A stretch of DNA of 64,000 nt from a virus (taxonomy: Duplodnaviria; Caudoviricetes). The stretch lies in the IMG/VR virus record IMGVR_UViG_3300028630_000010, positions 2,733-66,732 of that record, one strand, 5' to 3'. The position numbers were made by a program, and so were the translations under genes. Below, in pieces: positions 36,361 to 46,869 of the stretch (positions within the stretch are counted from its first letter, which is position 1; the number at the start of each line of letters is the position of its first letter). The notes beneath the pieces were generated by a model that was not told the origin of the DNA, did not search any database, and worked only from the letters and a program-made list of their open reading frames with translations.

Positions 36361-37578
36361 CTAGAAAATGGTGATGCCGTACTTCTGCTGCAACGTCGCC
36401 CGGTTTTTCGGGTTGTCCGGCATTCTTGCCGTCTGCCCGTTAATCGTAACAACAAGCTCTCCTTTGTCAAGCTTCGCTTCGACCTTTGGAGATTGCCCCG
36501 CGGGCGCGGCCCCTGCGGTGGCGCCGGGCTCCTCCCCGATCGCCAGAACCTTGTCCAAGAGCGCCTTGGTCTTTGCGCGGAGTGCCACCTTCTCAGGGTC
36601 CGGGGGCAGTCCCTTCTTCTTGGCGTATCTCATATCCTCGTCGTAGGTGTTCAGAATAGCGCCCAGCTTCGTGACGGATGTGGCGAGATCCACCTTCGCC
36701 GGCAAGATCCCAAGCACTTCCCCGACCTGATTCTTCAACTCCTGAAGCTTCATCGCCCGCTCTGTGCGCTTGTCCTCGACCGCCAGCGTGGTATCGCTCT
36801 TAATGCCCGCAACCTCCTTCGCGATCTGATTTTTGAGCTGTTGAATCTCATACGCCTGCATGTACTTGTCCATGGCGATGTTCATTCGGGTGTTGTTGGT
36901 GTCCCTTGTCTTATACATCTGGATGAACTCGCCGACACCTTTTTCGCCATAGAGGGAATGCGCCACCGCGAGAAGCGTCATGGGGTCTACCTCTTGCCGC
37001 TGTTTGCCCACCTTCCCTTGCTCATCGGACGCGATCACATCGTACCAGAGACCTTCCGGCCCGCCGCCCATCCCGACAATGCTGCCCGGATCACCATCCG
37101 CCACGCCGTTTGCCTGATTTATCCGGCTCAACGTGGCGGTCGGAGTGACACCGTTCAGAGCCGCCGTGATGAGACCCGCCCCGAACGCACTCTGGCGAAA
37201 CTTGGTCAATGTCGCACGCCTCGCCTGATCCTCATCAAACTCCGCTTGTGCCTGTTGAAGCATAAGCTTGGCGTTCTCCTGCTGCATTTCGCGCAGAGAT
37301 TTCCCGGCGTCAAACTCCTGTTGCTTCAGCCCGATTTCCTGCTGCTTCAGTGCCCTGTCGGCATTCGCCTGTTGCATGCTCGCCTGAAGCTGCGCCCGCT
37401 GCGCTTGGGCCTGCGCCTGAAGCTGCTGCGTCTGCATCGCCATCTGCGCTCGGAGTTGTTGCGTCTGCATCGCTATCTGCGCAGCAATTCGCTGCCGCTG
37501 CAAAGCGGCCTCATGCGCCCTCGCCTCTCGGGCCTGCCCGATCTCGACCGAGCCGTCAAATATCCCTTTGAACGCCAT
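36361..37578 (-). CDS. putative internal virion/ejection protein
   Basis: Gln/Ala-rich helical N-terminus; immediately upstream of the giant gene, as podovirus ejection proteins usually are. Confidence 0.6.
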   Translation of the reverse strand: MAFKGIFDGSVEIGQAREARAHEAALQRQRIAAQIAMQTQQLRAQMAMQTQQLQAQAQAQRAQLQASMQQANADRALKQQEIGLKQQEFDAGKSLREMQQENAKLMLQQAQAEFDEDQARRATLTKFRQSAFGAGLITAALNGVTPTATLSRINQANGVADGDPGSIVGMGGGPEGLWYDVIASDEQGKVGKQRQEVDPMTLLAVAHSLYGEKGVGEFIQMYKTRDTNNTRMNIAMDKYMQAYEIQQLKNQIAKEVAGIKSDTTLAVEDKRTERAMKLQELKNQVGEVLGILPAKVDLATSVTKLGAILNTYDEDMRYAKKKGLPPDPEKVALRAKTKALLDKVLAIGEEPGATAGAAPAGQSPKVEAKLDKGELVVTINGQTARMPDNPKNRATLQQKYGITIF

Positions 37579-37593
37579 AACGATCTCCCTTCT

Positions 37594-38745
37594 TTACGCC
37601 TTGCCGAACAGTGCGGTAAGCACATTATACTTCTGTTGGGTGAGCATTGACAAGAGACTGCCCCCCTGTGTGGAATAATAATCCGCCGCCACCGCCTGCG
37701 CGTTGACCTGCGTATTTGCCGCCGCTGTACGGGCGCCCGCTCTGCCTATGGCCGCGTCGTTCACGTTCGCCGCGATGCCCATCGCCAGATTGCCGGAAGC
37801 GGCGTACATGTTGCCCTGGGTGGCAATGATGTTCGCCGCCTGCGCCTCCAAAGACCCTTTCGATGTGAGAGCCGCCGTCGCCTTGCCCTGCGCGTCAGAC
37901 GCCGCCATGGTCGCAGTGATGGCCTCATCGGAGAACGCCTTGCCCATGCCGCTTGCCTCAAGCGCCATGGCGAATCCGCTCCTAAGAGCGTCGGCCTGAA
38001 GCGACAACCCGGTTTTGCGGGCAGCCGTCATCATCGCGGCCACGCTCGCCTCTTCACGCTCTTTGATCTTCCCGAGCGCCGCCGCCACCGCTCCCGACCC
38101 CGCCGAAATACCTCTTCGAGCCAGCGACATCAGCAGATCCTTCTGCGCCACGTCCGCAGCCTTCCGTGTGGAGGTCGCCGCGCCAGCGGCCATAGCGTCA
38201 GGGGACATCTGATTGTAGAGACGGGCAAATTCGCCGGCCATTCCCCCCGCGTTGGGGTCCATGCTCAACAAATCCTTGCCCGCGTCGAGCCAAGGAAGGG
38301 CGTTTGCCCTGGCGAATGCCGCATCCCGCTCCATCGAGGCGGCAAACTGCTTAAAGATATCGGCGGTCTCTCCGACCTCCCTTGCGGTCTGCATCACGTT
38401 ATCGGCGAATCCTCCTAACTGCCCCGCAGTCTCGGTCAATGCCGCCCCCGCCGAACGCGCGGCGTTCAGATCAGCATTGCTCTGCGCCGCCGCAAGGTTC
38501 AGATCCCCGGAAACGGTCTGAAGATTCTGCGCGGCAGCTGTGCTCGCCGCCCCGACGGCGGTTTCTCCCGCCCGCACCAGCCGGGTCGCCTCCGCGCCGG
38601 CTGCCGCCGCGGCCAATTCGCCCGGGGACTTGTTCTTAACCCCACTATCCCCGCCCTTGAAATACCATAAATCGTTCTTGAAGGGTGATGGCATATTCAT
38701 CGCCCCGAACTTGAACGCCTCTTCTGTGTATCCGCTGATCGGCAT
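37594..38745 (-). CDS. putative DNA-pilot/ejection protein (Ala-rich)
   Basis: RBS before ATG 38745; YFKGG near the N-terminus; Ala/Gly-rich helical body. Confidence 0.6.
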   Translation of the reverse strand: MPISGYTEEAFKFGAMNMPSPFKNDLWYFKGGDSGVKNKSPGELAAAAAGAEATRLVRAGETAVGAASTAAAQNLQTVSGDLNLAAAQSNADLNAARSAGAALTETAGQLGGFADNVMQTAREVGETADIFKQFAASMERDAAFARANALPWLDAGKDLLSMDPNAGGMAGEFARLYNQMSPDAMAAGAATSTRKAADVAQKDLLMSLARRGISAGSGAVAAALGKIKEREEASVAAMMTAARKTGLSLQADALRSGFAMALEASGMGKAFSDEAITATMAASDAQGKATAALTSKGSLEAQAANIIATQGNMYAASGNLAMGIAANVNDAAIGRAGARTAAANTQVNAQAVAADYYSTQGGSLLSMLTQQKYNVLTALFGKA

Positions 38746-38749
38746 AATC

Positions 38750-38890
38750 TCACCCCTTTCCTTCCGCAAGCATCGCCAGTTCAAGCGCCGCAATCCGCGC
38801 GGCCAGATCTTCCAATACCTTGCGCGCCACCGGGTCTTTCACCCCCAGCGTGCTCACTTTTTTACCAGAGCCCACTTTCCTGTCAGCCAT
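38750..38890 (-). CDS. small hypothetical protein (46 aa)
   Basis: ATG 38890 overlaps the upstream stop; MADRKVGSGKK...LAARIAALE. Confidence 0.55.
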   Translation of the reverse strand: MADRKVGSGKKVSTLGVKDPVARKVLEDLAARIAALELAMLAEGKG

Positions 38891-41800
38891 TTTGCAGTTC
38901 CCCCATGCTCGAACCGATTTTGACACACTCGATATCATCCATCGCCGTCACCTCGATCTCGAAATACCGCTCTCTGCGGATTTTAGGCAGCCGGCGAGGT
39001 ACTTCATCGGTGATCGGGAGATTGATGTCGCTGTTCGCGGATGTCATCTCGGGAGAAGAATAGGCGTTGATGCGCAACGCTACCGCCGCCGGGAAAAACG
39101 ACCCGTTGCGGCAAACCTTCACGCTGTTGAACTCCGTCGGAATCGCGGTCTCGAACCTGCGAGAGCGCCAAACGAATGCCTTGTTCTCCGTCCCGCCCTC
39201 GAACAACCAAAGACCCGCGCCCGTCACGGGTGTACCGGGAACGACTGTCGGCGGGGGATCTATCGGCGGGGCATCCATCCCGAGCACGGCCAGCACGCCC
39301 TGATTCGTGACCGAGACATTGAGCACCGTCTTCGGGACAGATGTCACCGCGTAGGCCAGATCGACAAACCCCGAAAGCACATAACCCGCCGCCGTAGTGA
39401 CCTCCATGCTCACCGAGTCGCCCTCGGTGAGCATCATGTCCGCATACTGGCGCCCGATCAACGTGGCAACCAACGTCCCATTGACCGACACGAGCCCCAC
39501 CGCATGCGGCACATCCGCCGGGTTTAAAAAGCCGGCGCGGAATGGGACATTGCCCGTAACGGGAGGAACAATCGAGGCGGCAAAAAACACGTCGCGATGA
39601 AGCGCCACCCCCGATGGGCTAGAGTCCGCAAGAGGATAATACCACGCAACGGTGCCGCGCGGCAGACCATAGGAGTCGACCCATCCCGCGAACTCCCAAC
39701 CTGTCCCGGCGATAGCCACAACATAGGCATTGTCTCCAGGGTTGAGCTGATAGTCCGCACCGCCAGCCTCAGTGACGGTATAGTCTTCTACCGTCGTGTC
39801 GGCTCTCCATATCCTGACGGCAATCGAGCCGCGCCCCGCATTGCCCGCCACAAAACCCACATGAAACAGGGTTGTGTTGACGGGGGGAACAATAATCTCG
39901 GGCGTGAACGTCGCCAAAAAAACATACCCGTCGGTGTCAGGGTCTACCGTGTAGGTGGCGTCTGTTGACACCACCTCTTCGGCTGCGTTCAGCCATGACA
40001 CAAACGTAAAACCCGCGCGGGGGACGGCATGTAAAATGACTTCATCGCCGGGCTGTACCTCCGGGCTCAAAATCCGAGAATTGATCTCCCCCGTGGACAC
40101 CCCGGCGATCTCCGCCGAGACCGTTCCCTGCTCCATGTCCTCTTGCTCGTGATAGCCAACCGTAATTTGATAGGGAACCTCGGGGGTGGTAGGCGCAACA
40201 TAGGGCACCCAGCGCACGCGATACTCAATGTCCACAAAAAACTTCTGCCCCAACGCCGTGAGGTACGTCGCCCTGTAGGTGTCATCGTCCCATAAAAGTG
40301 TCGAACCTTTTCCGACAAACTCCCAGTCTCCGACCTCATGCGTACCTGCGGCGTTTGTAAGATGCACCCGCCGGTAGACCCCAAGGTATTCCCGGTAGGT
40401 GTCGAAACGTTCACTCTCGTATGGCCCCCACGACAAACCCACCGAGAACGCGATGCGCTCCGCCGTTGTGACGAGATTGTTTCTATTGACCTCCCACAAG
40501 ACGGTGTCTGCCGCTGTAATACCCAGCGCCGTCATCTCTTCCTCGGTAGCGCCCCACGCGGTCAACATTGCGGCAAACGACCCGCCAGAAGCATCTCCGT
40601 TCCACTTGGCAGACTTCTTCGGAGAAAGGGGTGTAAAACACATCTTATCCAGTGCCGTGGCGTGTTGCTCATCCGACCACATAACGTAAGGTACTTTGGG
40701 CTCGGGCACCGTCCCGCCGGGGGGCATTGCCAGCACCGGGTGAGGGTCCTGCGTGAAAATCACCCACCTCGGCGCGACCGTCGCCTTCAGCTTGAGCATG
40801 ATTTTCTTGATGCCCTCGTTGACCGTAATCACGGCGGTCTGCTCGCTGGAGATGTAATTTCCAGCGGGCCATACGAGTCTGTTTTCGGATGTGATCGCCT
40901 CGCCACTGTCCTCCCATGTGTGACCAAAATAGCCATCGATCCACGCCGCGAAATAAAATCCCGGGTCCGGTGTGCAGGTCGCCGTAACGGTGTCCCCAAG
41001 TTCAACGTTGATATAGGGATACTCGTCGAAATAATCCGGATATGGAGACTCCTCCTGCTCCGTGAGAGTCGCAAGGGGGATCGTCGCCGTAGGGTTGGCC
41101 AGCGTATTGAGGCGATATTGCATTGTGGCAGCGCCACTCGCATGACTGATAGTAGCCGCTCCGAATCCGCATCCCCAGTTATTTTGACCTGTGCCTATCA
41201 TGGAGCCGGCGGCTTGCCACGCGGGGCCTCCCCAGCGCACGGGAGGCATTCCGATGCTCACGCTGACAGTCGCGCGTAGGCGAATCCGCACATGCAAGGT
41301 ATCGTCAAGCGGAACGCCTGTGACGGTGTGCTTGCCAATGCGGGCGGCGGCTCGGGGAGAGGTCTGGGCGTTGTAGGTGCTGGGGTAATCCGCATTGCCC
41401 CCGCCGTCCAGCCATGTGGCCCCGCCGTCATAAGACACGTCCACACCGGCGATAGGCATGTCGATATAGGGGTTGTACGCCGCATCGCCCGCTGTCTGGA
41501 TCTTGTTTGCTCCGACTTTGAATATCCCGATCTGCGAGCCGACAAACAGGCTGTGTGTCATTTCCGCAGGCACCGTGTCGTCGGCGTCCGCCGCCTCGTA
41601 CGTCCAATCAAAATGGGAGGTGAGGGTGTCGGAGCCCTTGACGGTCAGCACAACATCGAGCGAGGGCTTCCGAAACCCGGCGGTCACAACGGTGTCGGCA
41701 TCGAGGGCGAAGGCATATTCAACGCCCCCAGGCTCTTCATCGTGAAACCCTGCCGCATCGTCGCGCTGCCATAAAACGTGCTCATACCCGGCGACCGCCA

Positions 41801-43631
41801 CCGGCGTCAGAGTGATCACCGTTCCTTCCGCCCATCTGTCGGGGGCGAGTGTGGGAGCGGGAAGTATCGTCACGGAGTTGTCCGGATCGGGCGAAGGTGG
41901 AACCGATACCGCATTCACGAGCAACCGCTTCAACGGGGGGAATCCAACTGTGACAACGACGCTGGTGGAGCCCGAGCCCGCCACAACCGGCCACTTGCCC
42001 CCGGACTCCGGCACAACCGCGCCGTTCACAGTAACCGACTTTACGATTGCTGTAGTGGGAGCGATACCGCTCGTCGTGAGAATGTACACGGTGCCCTGAG
42101 TTGTGCTCTTCACTGCCACGGGATCGTCTGGAAACGACACTTCCAGCAACGCCGAGCCGCCGATGGATAGCGCAGCCTCGGCTGCTGTGACCCCTACATC
42201 GTCAACCACAAGTTGAAGGGAAATTCCGGTACCGATAGGGGTACCAGCCCCACCGCCACCGCCACCGCCACCCGGAATATCCGGTTCTTCCGGGTCTTCG
42301 GGCACCGTAGTATCTTCTTCCGGCCCGACCGGCTCGCCATCCGCATCCACGGCAAACAGGATATATGCCGCCGACCAGAGTCTGCCCGTGTTGCTGTCGG
42401 TGAAGGTGCCCGCATCCGCCCCCAAGAACGTCCCCGCCGCAAGATCGCCGGCCCGCCTGCACATCACGGTATAATTCACATCCACCGGCTGATTGTAAGA
42501 GAGCCCATAGGCCCCGGCATATCCATCTTTGCCAAATACGCTCGCTCCCGCCGGGCTCTTAACATAACCGGCGCCTTTAAGCAGATAGGTGTTTGCGACG
42601 CTCGTCGCTACCTTGTCGTGAAGGTACCTGCTATATGCGCGGTACACAACACGATGCGCAAGCTCCCCCGTTTCCCGTGTCGTCTGCACTGCTTCGTACT
42701 CTGGATGAGATGGATCGGTGGTACCTGCGACAACCACCGCACTTCCTGGTACACTCTCACCAGTCGTTTCGTCGATAGAATAGACCGTACGTGTCCAGTG
42801 TTTAAAAGCGCGATCTGTTTCCTGACCGTCTACAACCCGCCCGTAAAATAGCGGCATCGCAGACTCGCCCGTGGCGTCCTTAGAGTAATACAATCCTGAC
42901 GTGCTGTAATGTGCGACCTCTACACCGTTGTCGCCGGCCAGAACTTCAAACAACACAGACTTTGGGCGCCAGAACGCCGTATAGGTTACGGTGGTGCCTG
43001 TTTGGGGGGGCGACACCCTGATCTGCTCCGTCGTAATTTCCTCTTCAGTCTCGGTACATACCCATTTCCAGAACACGAGGGCAGGAGTGGAAGATGCATC
43101 ATGTCCCTCGCCGTCGGCCAGAGGGGCCGCCGTGATGATGACACTATCATCATTCACATCCCATATGGGGGCTCCGGACTCATATGCTTCGCCGCTGTTC
43201 TCCAATGTAGCCGTAACAGCGGCATCCTGGGCTTTAAAAGCGGGGATATCCGTCACCTGAAAATTCACACGACCGATATTTATCCATGTCAATGGGATCG
43301 GCGGACCTTCTCCGAGAGTGGCGACCGATGATTGAATCTGCTCCGTGTGACCTGATAATCCCCATTCATCTACCACATCGTAGAAATAGCCGGTGCGGTA
43401 AATGTAAAACGGGGTCAATACCGTGAGTTCCGACAAAGGGGCCGGGCTCCCACGGGCTCCTCTGTGCGTACCTTGCGTGTCGATGGCACCGCTATATCTG
43501 GGCCATGACGACAGAACAGTCGGATTTCTCGTAAAAATCGCGTCAGGCTTGAAACTGAGCGACGTAGGCGGCTCACCAGCTCCCGCCCACTCCGCCACCT
43601 TCACATCGCCCAGCATGAGAATCGCCTCCAT
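38883..43631 (-). CDS. large tail protein with Ig-like/InlB-B-type repeats and a nozzle-like C-terminus
   Basis: Five 'xxGY/FxFxxW' repeats; C-terminal FVWRSRRF...RRLP...FEIEV...SSMGEL; RBS GAGGAGG before ATG 43631. Confidence 0.7.
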   Translation of the reverse strand: MEAILMLGDVKVAEWAGAGEPPTSLSFKPDAIFTRNPTVLSSWPRYSGAIDTQGTHRGARGSPAPLSELTVLTPFYIYRTGYFYDVVDEWGLSGHTEQIQSSVATLGEGPPIPLTWINIGRVNFQVTDIPAFKAQDAAVTATLENSGEAYESGAPIWDVNDDSVIITAAPLADGEGHDASSTPALVFWKWVCTETEEEITTEQIRVSPPQTGTTVTYTAFWRPKSVLFEVLAGDNGVEVAHYSTSGLYYSKDATGESAMPLFYGRVVDGQETDRAFKHWTRTVYSIDETTGESVPGSAVVVAGTTDPSHPEYEAVQTTRETGELAHRVVYRAYSRYLHDKVATSVANTYLLKGAGYVKSPAGASVFGKDGYAGAYGLSYNQPVDVNYTVMCRRAGDLAAGTFLGADAGTFTDSNTGRLWSAAYILFAVDADGEPVGPEEDTTVPEDPEEPDIPGGGGGGGGAGTPIGTGISLQLVVDDVGVTAAEAALSIGGSALLEVSFPDDPVAVKSTTQGTVYILTTSGIAPTTAIVKSVTVNGAVVPESGGKWPVVAGSGSTSVVVTVGFPPLKRLLVNAVSVPPSPDPDNSVTILPAPTLAPDRWAEGTVITLTPVAVAGYEHVLWQRDDAAGFHDEEPGGVEYAFALDADTVVTAGFRKPSLDVVLTVKGSDTLTSHFDWTYEAADADDTVPAEMTHSLFVGSQIGIFKVGANKIQTAGDAAYNPYIDMPIAGVDVSYDGGATWLDGGGNADYPSTYNAQTSPRAAARIGKHTVTGVPLDDTLHVRIRLRATVSVSIGMPPVRWGGPAWQAAGSMIGTGQNNWGCGFGAATISHASGAATMQYRLNTLANPTATIPLATLTEQEESPYPDYFDEYPYINVELGDTVTATCTPDPGFYFAAWIDGYFGHTWEDSGEAITSENRLVWPAGNYISSEQTAVITVNEGIKKIMLKLKATVAPRWVIFTQDPHPVLAMPPGGTVPEPKVPYVMWSDEQHATALDKMCFTPLSPKKSAKWNGDASGGSFAAMLTAWGATEEEMTALGITAADTVLWEVNRNNLVTTAERIAFSVGLSWGPYESERFDTYREYLGVYRRVHLTNAAGTHEVGDWEFVGKGSTLLWDDDTYRATYLTALGQKFFVDIEYRVRWVPYVAPTTPEVPYQITVGYHEQEDMEQGTVSAEIAGVSTGEINSRILSPEVQPGDEVILHAVPRAGFTFVSWLNAAEEVVSTDATYTVDPDTDGYVFLATFTPEIIVPPVNTTLFHVGFVAGNAGRGSIAVRIWRADTTVEDYTVTEAGGADYQLNPGDNAYVVAIAGTGWEFAGWVDSYGLPRGTVAWYYPLADSSPSGVALHRDVFFAASIVPPVTGNVPFRAGFLNPADVPHAVGLVSVNGTLVATLIGRQYADMMLTEGDSVSMEVTTAAGYVLSGFVDLAYAVTSVPKTVLNVSVTNQGVLAVLGMDAPPIDPPPTVVPGTPVTGAGLWLFEGGTENKAFVWRSRRFETAIPTEFNSVKVCRNGSFFPAAVALRINAYSSPEMTSANSDINLPITDEVPRRLPKIRRERYFEIEVTAMDDIECVKIGSSMGELQNG

Positions 43632-43633
43632 GA

Positions 43634-45019
43634 TCAAGCCCTCCTCAGCATTACGACACCGCGATCCGCAATCGTTATTGCCGCCTCGCACAGCTCATCG
43701 TGGCATGTCATGGCGGAAAGGCCGTCGGCAAACACATAGCGCTGACAGCAGAAAACCGGATCGACCGCATTCGGGAACCACAAGAAAATCTGGTTGTTGT
43801 GAACCACGCCGAAGCTGGTCTCGGGGTGAAGGTCGCGCCAGGCTTTGCGGTCGAAGTGGTTCTGCGTCAGGTTCGTGACTTGGGTTTCGCCCGAGATGGG
43901 GATCATGTAAAGGCCGTCATCGGATGCGTACACTACAGATGCCCCGATCTGCACAACCGATCTGCGAGACACGCACGGCGCATGTGTAGCCGTAGAGGAT
44001 ACCGTCATCATGTCGGGGGAAGTGCCGGTGAACACAAGTGGAATATCATCCGTCAGAACAAGCACACTATTCCCGTAACTCACCAGCCGCACAACGGTCT
44101 GATCCACCGTGGAAATTCTGTTTGCCAACGGCCACACGTAAGGGAGGTCAACGTCGCTGAACAGCACCTCCCTGCGCGTTTGTAGATCGAACCCCGCATA
44201 AAACCCGCCGAACACCGACACAATACCACCCAATGTCTCCGGGGGGTTGTCCGCGTCGGGGGCCACCCCTCCTGCGTCCTTGTCGAGCACGTTCAGCGTG
44301 AGGGCGACAAATAGACCCGCATGTGTCGGTTGCTCGTAAACAAATTGGTACACCGCCGTTCCGTCTTCGTCCGCGAGGGACTTGTAAATCCGCCGCGCGG
44401 TCGCCCCGACCGGCGCGGCGACCTGCGCAATTTGCACCCAATCGCACACCGTCCCGTCATCAAAATAAGCCAGAATCGCGCTCGGAGGAGAAAGGGGCGA
44501 TTCAAACCCGTTACGGTCAACCCATGTCTGCTTGTAGGTGGTATAGGCGTTTTTCAAGTCGCCCTGGGAGTACAATATCGACACAACCGGCTCTGCAAGG
44601 CGCGTCTTTATCAGCGCCGTCACCGCAGGCTTGGAGTTGACGGCGCTCCCGACCTGATAGCTGGCTATGTAGGCAGGATCGTCGGCATTGACATCGTACC
44701 CCGACACCACGCACCTGAACTCATTAGAGGCATCGATGTTTACCTCGGCAACTTCCTTCTCACTCGCCCACCATAAAATGACATCGCCAGACACGCGGTG
44801 CACAAACCGCAAATGCTTTACCGCCGCACCATCGTCCGCATCGCTGTAATCGGCATTCACCAGCGGATAATCAGACGAAACCAAAAGTGCCTGCTTCAAC
44901 GGGCGGAGTCTGCCGTCGCGAAGGTCACAGTTCCATGCGACCTTCGCGCAGTTGTCCGGTTTGATTCCGACATTAGGTCGGGGCAACATGCCATTAAAAG
45001 TGTTGAACACGATTTTCAT
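43634..45019 (-). CDS. tail tubular/nozzle (stabilisation) protein, N-terminal portion
   Basis: MKIVFNTFNGMLPR...AKVAWNCDLRDGRLRP and FSDVDLPYVWP resemble podovirus nozzle proteins. Confidence 0.7.
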   Translation of the reverse strand: MKIVFNTFNGMLPRPNVGIKPDNCAKVAWNCDLRDGRLRPLKQALLVSSDYPLVNADYSDADDGAAVKHLRFVHRVSGDVILWWASEKEVAEVNIDASNEFRCVVSGYDVNADDPAYIASYQVGSAVNSKPAVTALIKTRLAEPVVSILYSQGDLKNAYTTYKQTWVDRNGFESPLSPPSAILAYFDDGTVCDWVQIAQVAAPVGATARRIYKSLADEDGTAVYQFVYEQPTHAGLFVALTLNVLDKDAGGVAPDADNPPETLGGIVSVFGGFYAGFDLQTRREVLFSDVDLPYVWPLANRISTVDQTVVRLVSYGNSVLVLTDDIPLVFTGTSPDMMTVSSTATHAPCVSRRSVVQIGASVVYASDDGLYMIPISGETQVTNLTQNHFDRKAWRDLHPETSFGVVHNNQIFLWFPNAVDPVFCCQRYVFADGLSAMTCHDELCEAAITIADRGVVMLRRA

Positions 45020-45366
45020 ATCGCAAGAATCTCGGTTCCACGCGCCTGCCATTTGTCAGACAGCGCCAAATTCAGGGTATCGGCATTATCATCCGCCAGC
45101 ACTCGGGCCGCCGCAAGAAACACCAACCCCTCGGAGTAGGCATCCAGTTCGCTTCTGACTGTCGTAGACACAGCGGCGGCAAAATTCACATCAGACTCCT
45201 CTGGAAGCAAGACTCCGCCCGAATAACACAATGAGGGCCGCATCTGCCGCGCCCTCCGTAGTGCCTCCTGCAGAGAGTCGGTGATCTTTTGGTCCGGTAT
45301 ACGGTACGGGGCCACCGCGTCGGACAGTTTGATCCTCGTATTCGCGATGTACTTTCCAATCGTCAT
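45016..45366 (-). CDS. head-tail adaptor/tail tubular A-like protein
   Basis: NTRIKLSDAVAPYRIPDQKITDSLQEAL...RP pattern; ATGA-coupled to the nozzle gene. Confidence 0.55.
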   Translation of the reverse strand: MTIGKYIANTRIKLSDAVAPYRIPDQKITDSLQEALRRARQMRPSLCYSGGVLLPEESDVNFAAAVSTTVRSELDAYSEGLVFLAAARVLADDNADTLNLALSDKWQARGTEILAI

Positions 45367-45433
45367 GATCCCCTCATTTCTCAAGACCGGCAGGCATCCC
45401 TCCAAGGATGCCTGCCGTCAAGAGCGATTGGCC

Positions 45434-45880
45434 TCACTGCACAATCGCCGAAACCGGCCAGACACAGGCCGCATTTGTGTACTCATCCTGCGTGATTCGG
45501 ACACGCAAACGCCCGCAAAACACGTCGTTCGTGGTGTCGTATCGCGCCGAGCCCGGCACCAGAATGCCCGTGACCGTATACAGCGGGCTTTCGATGCCGC
45601 TGTCATAGGCGTAGAACGCGATTGTGGCATTCGTGACGCCCGCGGGAACGGTGTACATCAGCGAACGCACCAGACCCACGCCTGTGCGCCCGGTTCCGCT
45701 GGCCATGATGACCGTCGAATCCGAGCCCGTGTTGAGCCAGATGTCCTTGACCACATTCGTAGCCCCCGCAACGACGGTGATCGACTCGTCGGTGATGCGG
45801 GCGACAGGCTCCTTGGCCTGCAACTGAACCGTCATCATGCCCAGAATGAGCAGAATGAACAGCGTACCTTTCTTCATCAT
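45434..45880 (-). CDS. secreted-type hypothetical protein
   Basis: Signal peptide MMKKGTLFILLILGMMTVQLQA followed by a beta-rich body. Confidence 0.6.
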   Translation of the reverse strand: MMKKGTLFILLILGMMTVQLQAKEPVARITDESITVVAGATNVVKDIWLNTGSDSTVIMASGTGRTGVGLVRSLMYTVPAGVTNATIAFYAYDSGIESPLYTVTGILVPGSARYDTTNDVFCGRLRVRITQDEYTNAACVWPVSAIVQ

Positions 45881-45977
45881 CTTGCACCTCTTTTGTTTGT
45901 GTTATTCTGGTCCTGCACCCGCAGAAACCGGAATCATTGAGCTCCGATAATACGACATGCACCCCGTAGGGGGCAAG

Positions 45978-46649
45978 TCACTTCGCCGCCTGCGTGAACC
46001 CGTCCGCGGTCACCGCAACCGGCAGCGCAACGCTCGTGCCTGTGTATCCTCGCGTTCGCAAGGCGGCCCACATGGCGGCGCGGTTCCGCGCGTCTGCGAT
46101 GTCTATGATAGCAATATCGGGATGCGCCGCAGCGTAGGCCGCGCAACGCCCGCACCCTGACCTGCCGTAAACGCCGATGCCGTTTTCGCCAGGTACGCCG
46201 TTGTACTCTGTCGGCACCGTGTCGAATGTAGTCGCCGCCGCGAACGTGTAGCCGCCGTCAACAGCCGCCGTGACAGTCGGAACCGCAGGATCGGTATTAG
46301 CGGACGGAACCGCCGGAACCGCGCCCGCCGCCGGATACGCCCGCATCACCGCCGCTATGCCGCCCAGCAGGTCGCCAACGCCCTTGAGCGTCCCGTCAAT
46401 CCCCGTGGACTTCTGGTTCGCGCTTGCAGTCTTCACGCCAGCGCCGAGGTCGTTCTGCGTACCGTCAGCGAACAGTCCCTCCGCCGCGACTTGGCTGGCC
46501 TTGTCGCCCGTGCCGATCACCGACACCCTGCTCACGGTTTTAGTCCCGTCGGGGTTGGTTTTTTCCGTGTACGCCGTCGCCGACGTGAAGCACCCCGCCA
46601 CCATCCCAACAGCGGCCAACATAGCCGCAAACATAATCAGCTTTTTCAT
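45978..46649 (-). CDS. lipoprotein with a C-terminal glutaredoxin-like CxxC domain
   Basis: Lipobox VAGC; VYGRSGCGRC...VALPVAV. Confidence 0.6.
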   Translation of the reverse strand: MKKLIMFAAMLAAVGMVAGCFTSATAYTEKTNPDGTKTVSRVSVIGTGDKASQVAAEGLFADGTQNDLGAGVKTASANQKSTGIDGTLKGVGDLLGGIAAVMRAYPAAGAVPAVPSANTDPAVPTVTAAVDGGYTFAAATTFDTVPTEYNGVPGENGIGVYGRSGCGRCAAYAAAHPDIAIIDIADARNRAAMWAALRTRGYTGTSVALPVAVTADGFTQAAK

Positions 46650-46664
46650 TTAGTCATCCTTTTG

Positions 46665-46868
46665 TTATTCCCAGTCCAGCATCGCCATGCGCAGTGCCTT
46701 CGTCCGGCTGCGCGGCATTACGTGGGTCGGGCTCTCACTGTGCGGCACGGGTTTCAGCCACCCCGCTTTGCACGTAGCCGTCTTGCCGTCCGCCAGCCTC
46801 CGGGCCATCACGTGTCCGCGCTTGTCCGGCTCGCTCAGTATCTCGTACCTGTCTATGATGCCAGTCAT
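46665..46868 (-). CDS. hypothetical protein (67 aa)
   Basis: Tiles the operon. Confidence 0.5.
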   Translation of the reverse strand: MTGIIDRYEILSEPDKRGHVMARRLADGKTATCKAGWLKPVPHSESPTHVMPRSRTKALRMAMLDWE

Positions 46869-46869
46869 A

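Noticed and set aside
43629-43640. Programmed frameshift joining the nozzle and the large tail protein
   Set aside because: No slippery heptamer is seen, and a strong GAGGAGG RBS supports independent initiation.
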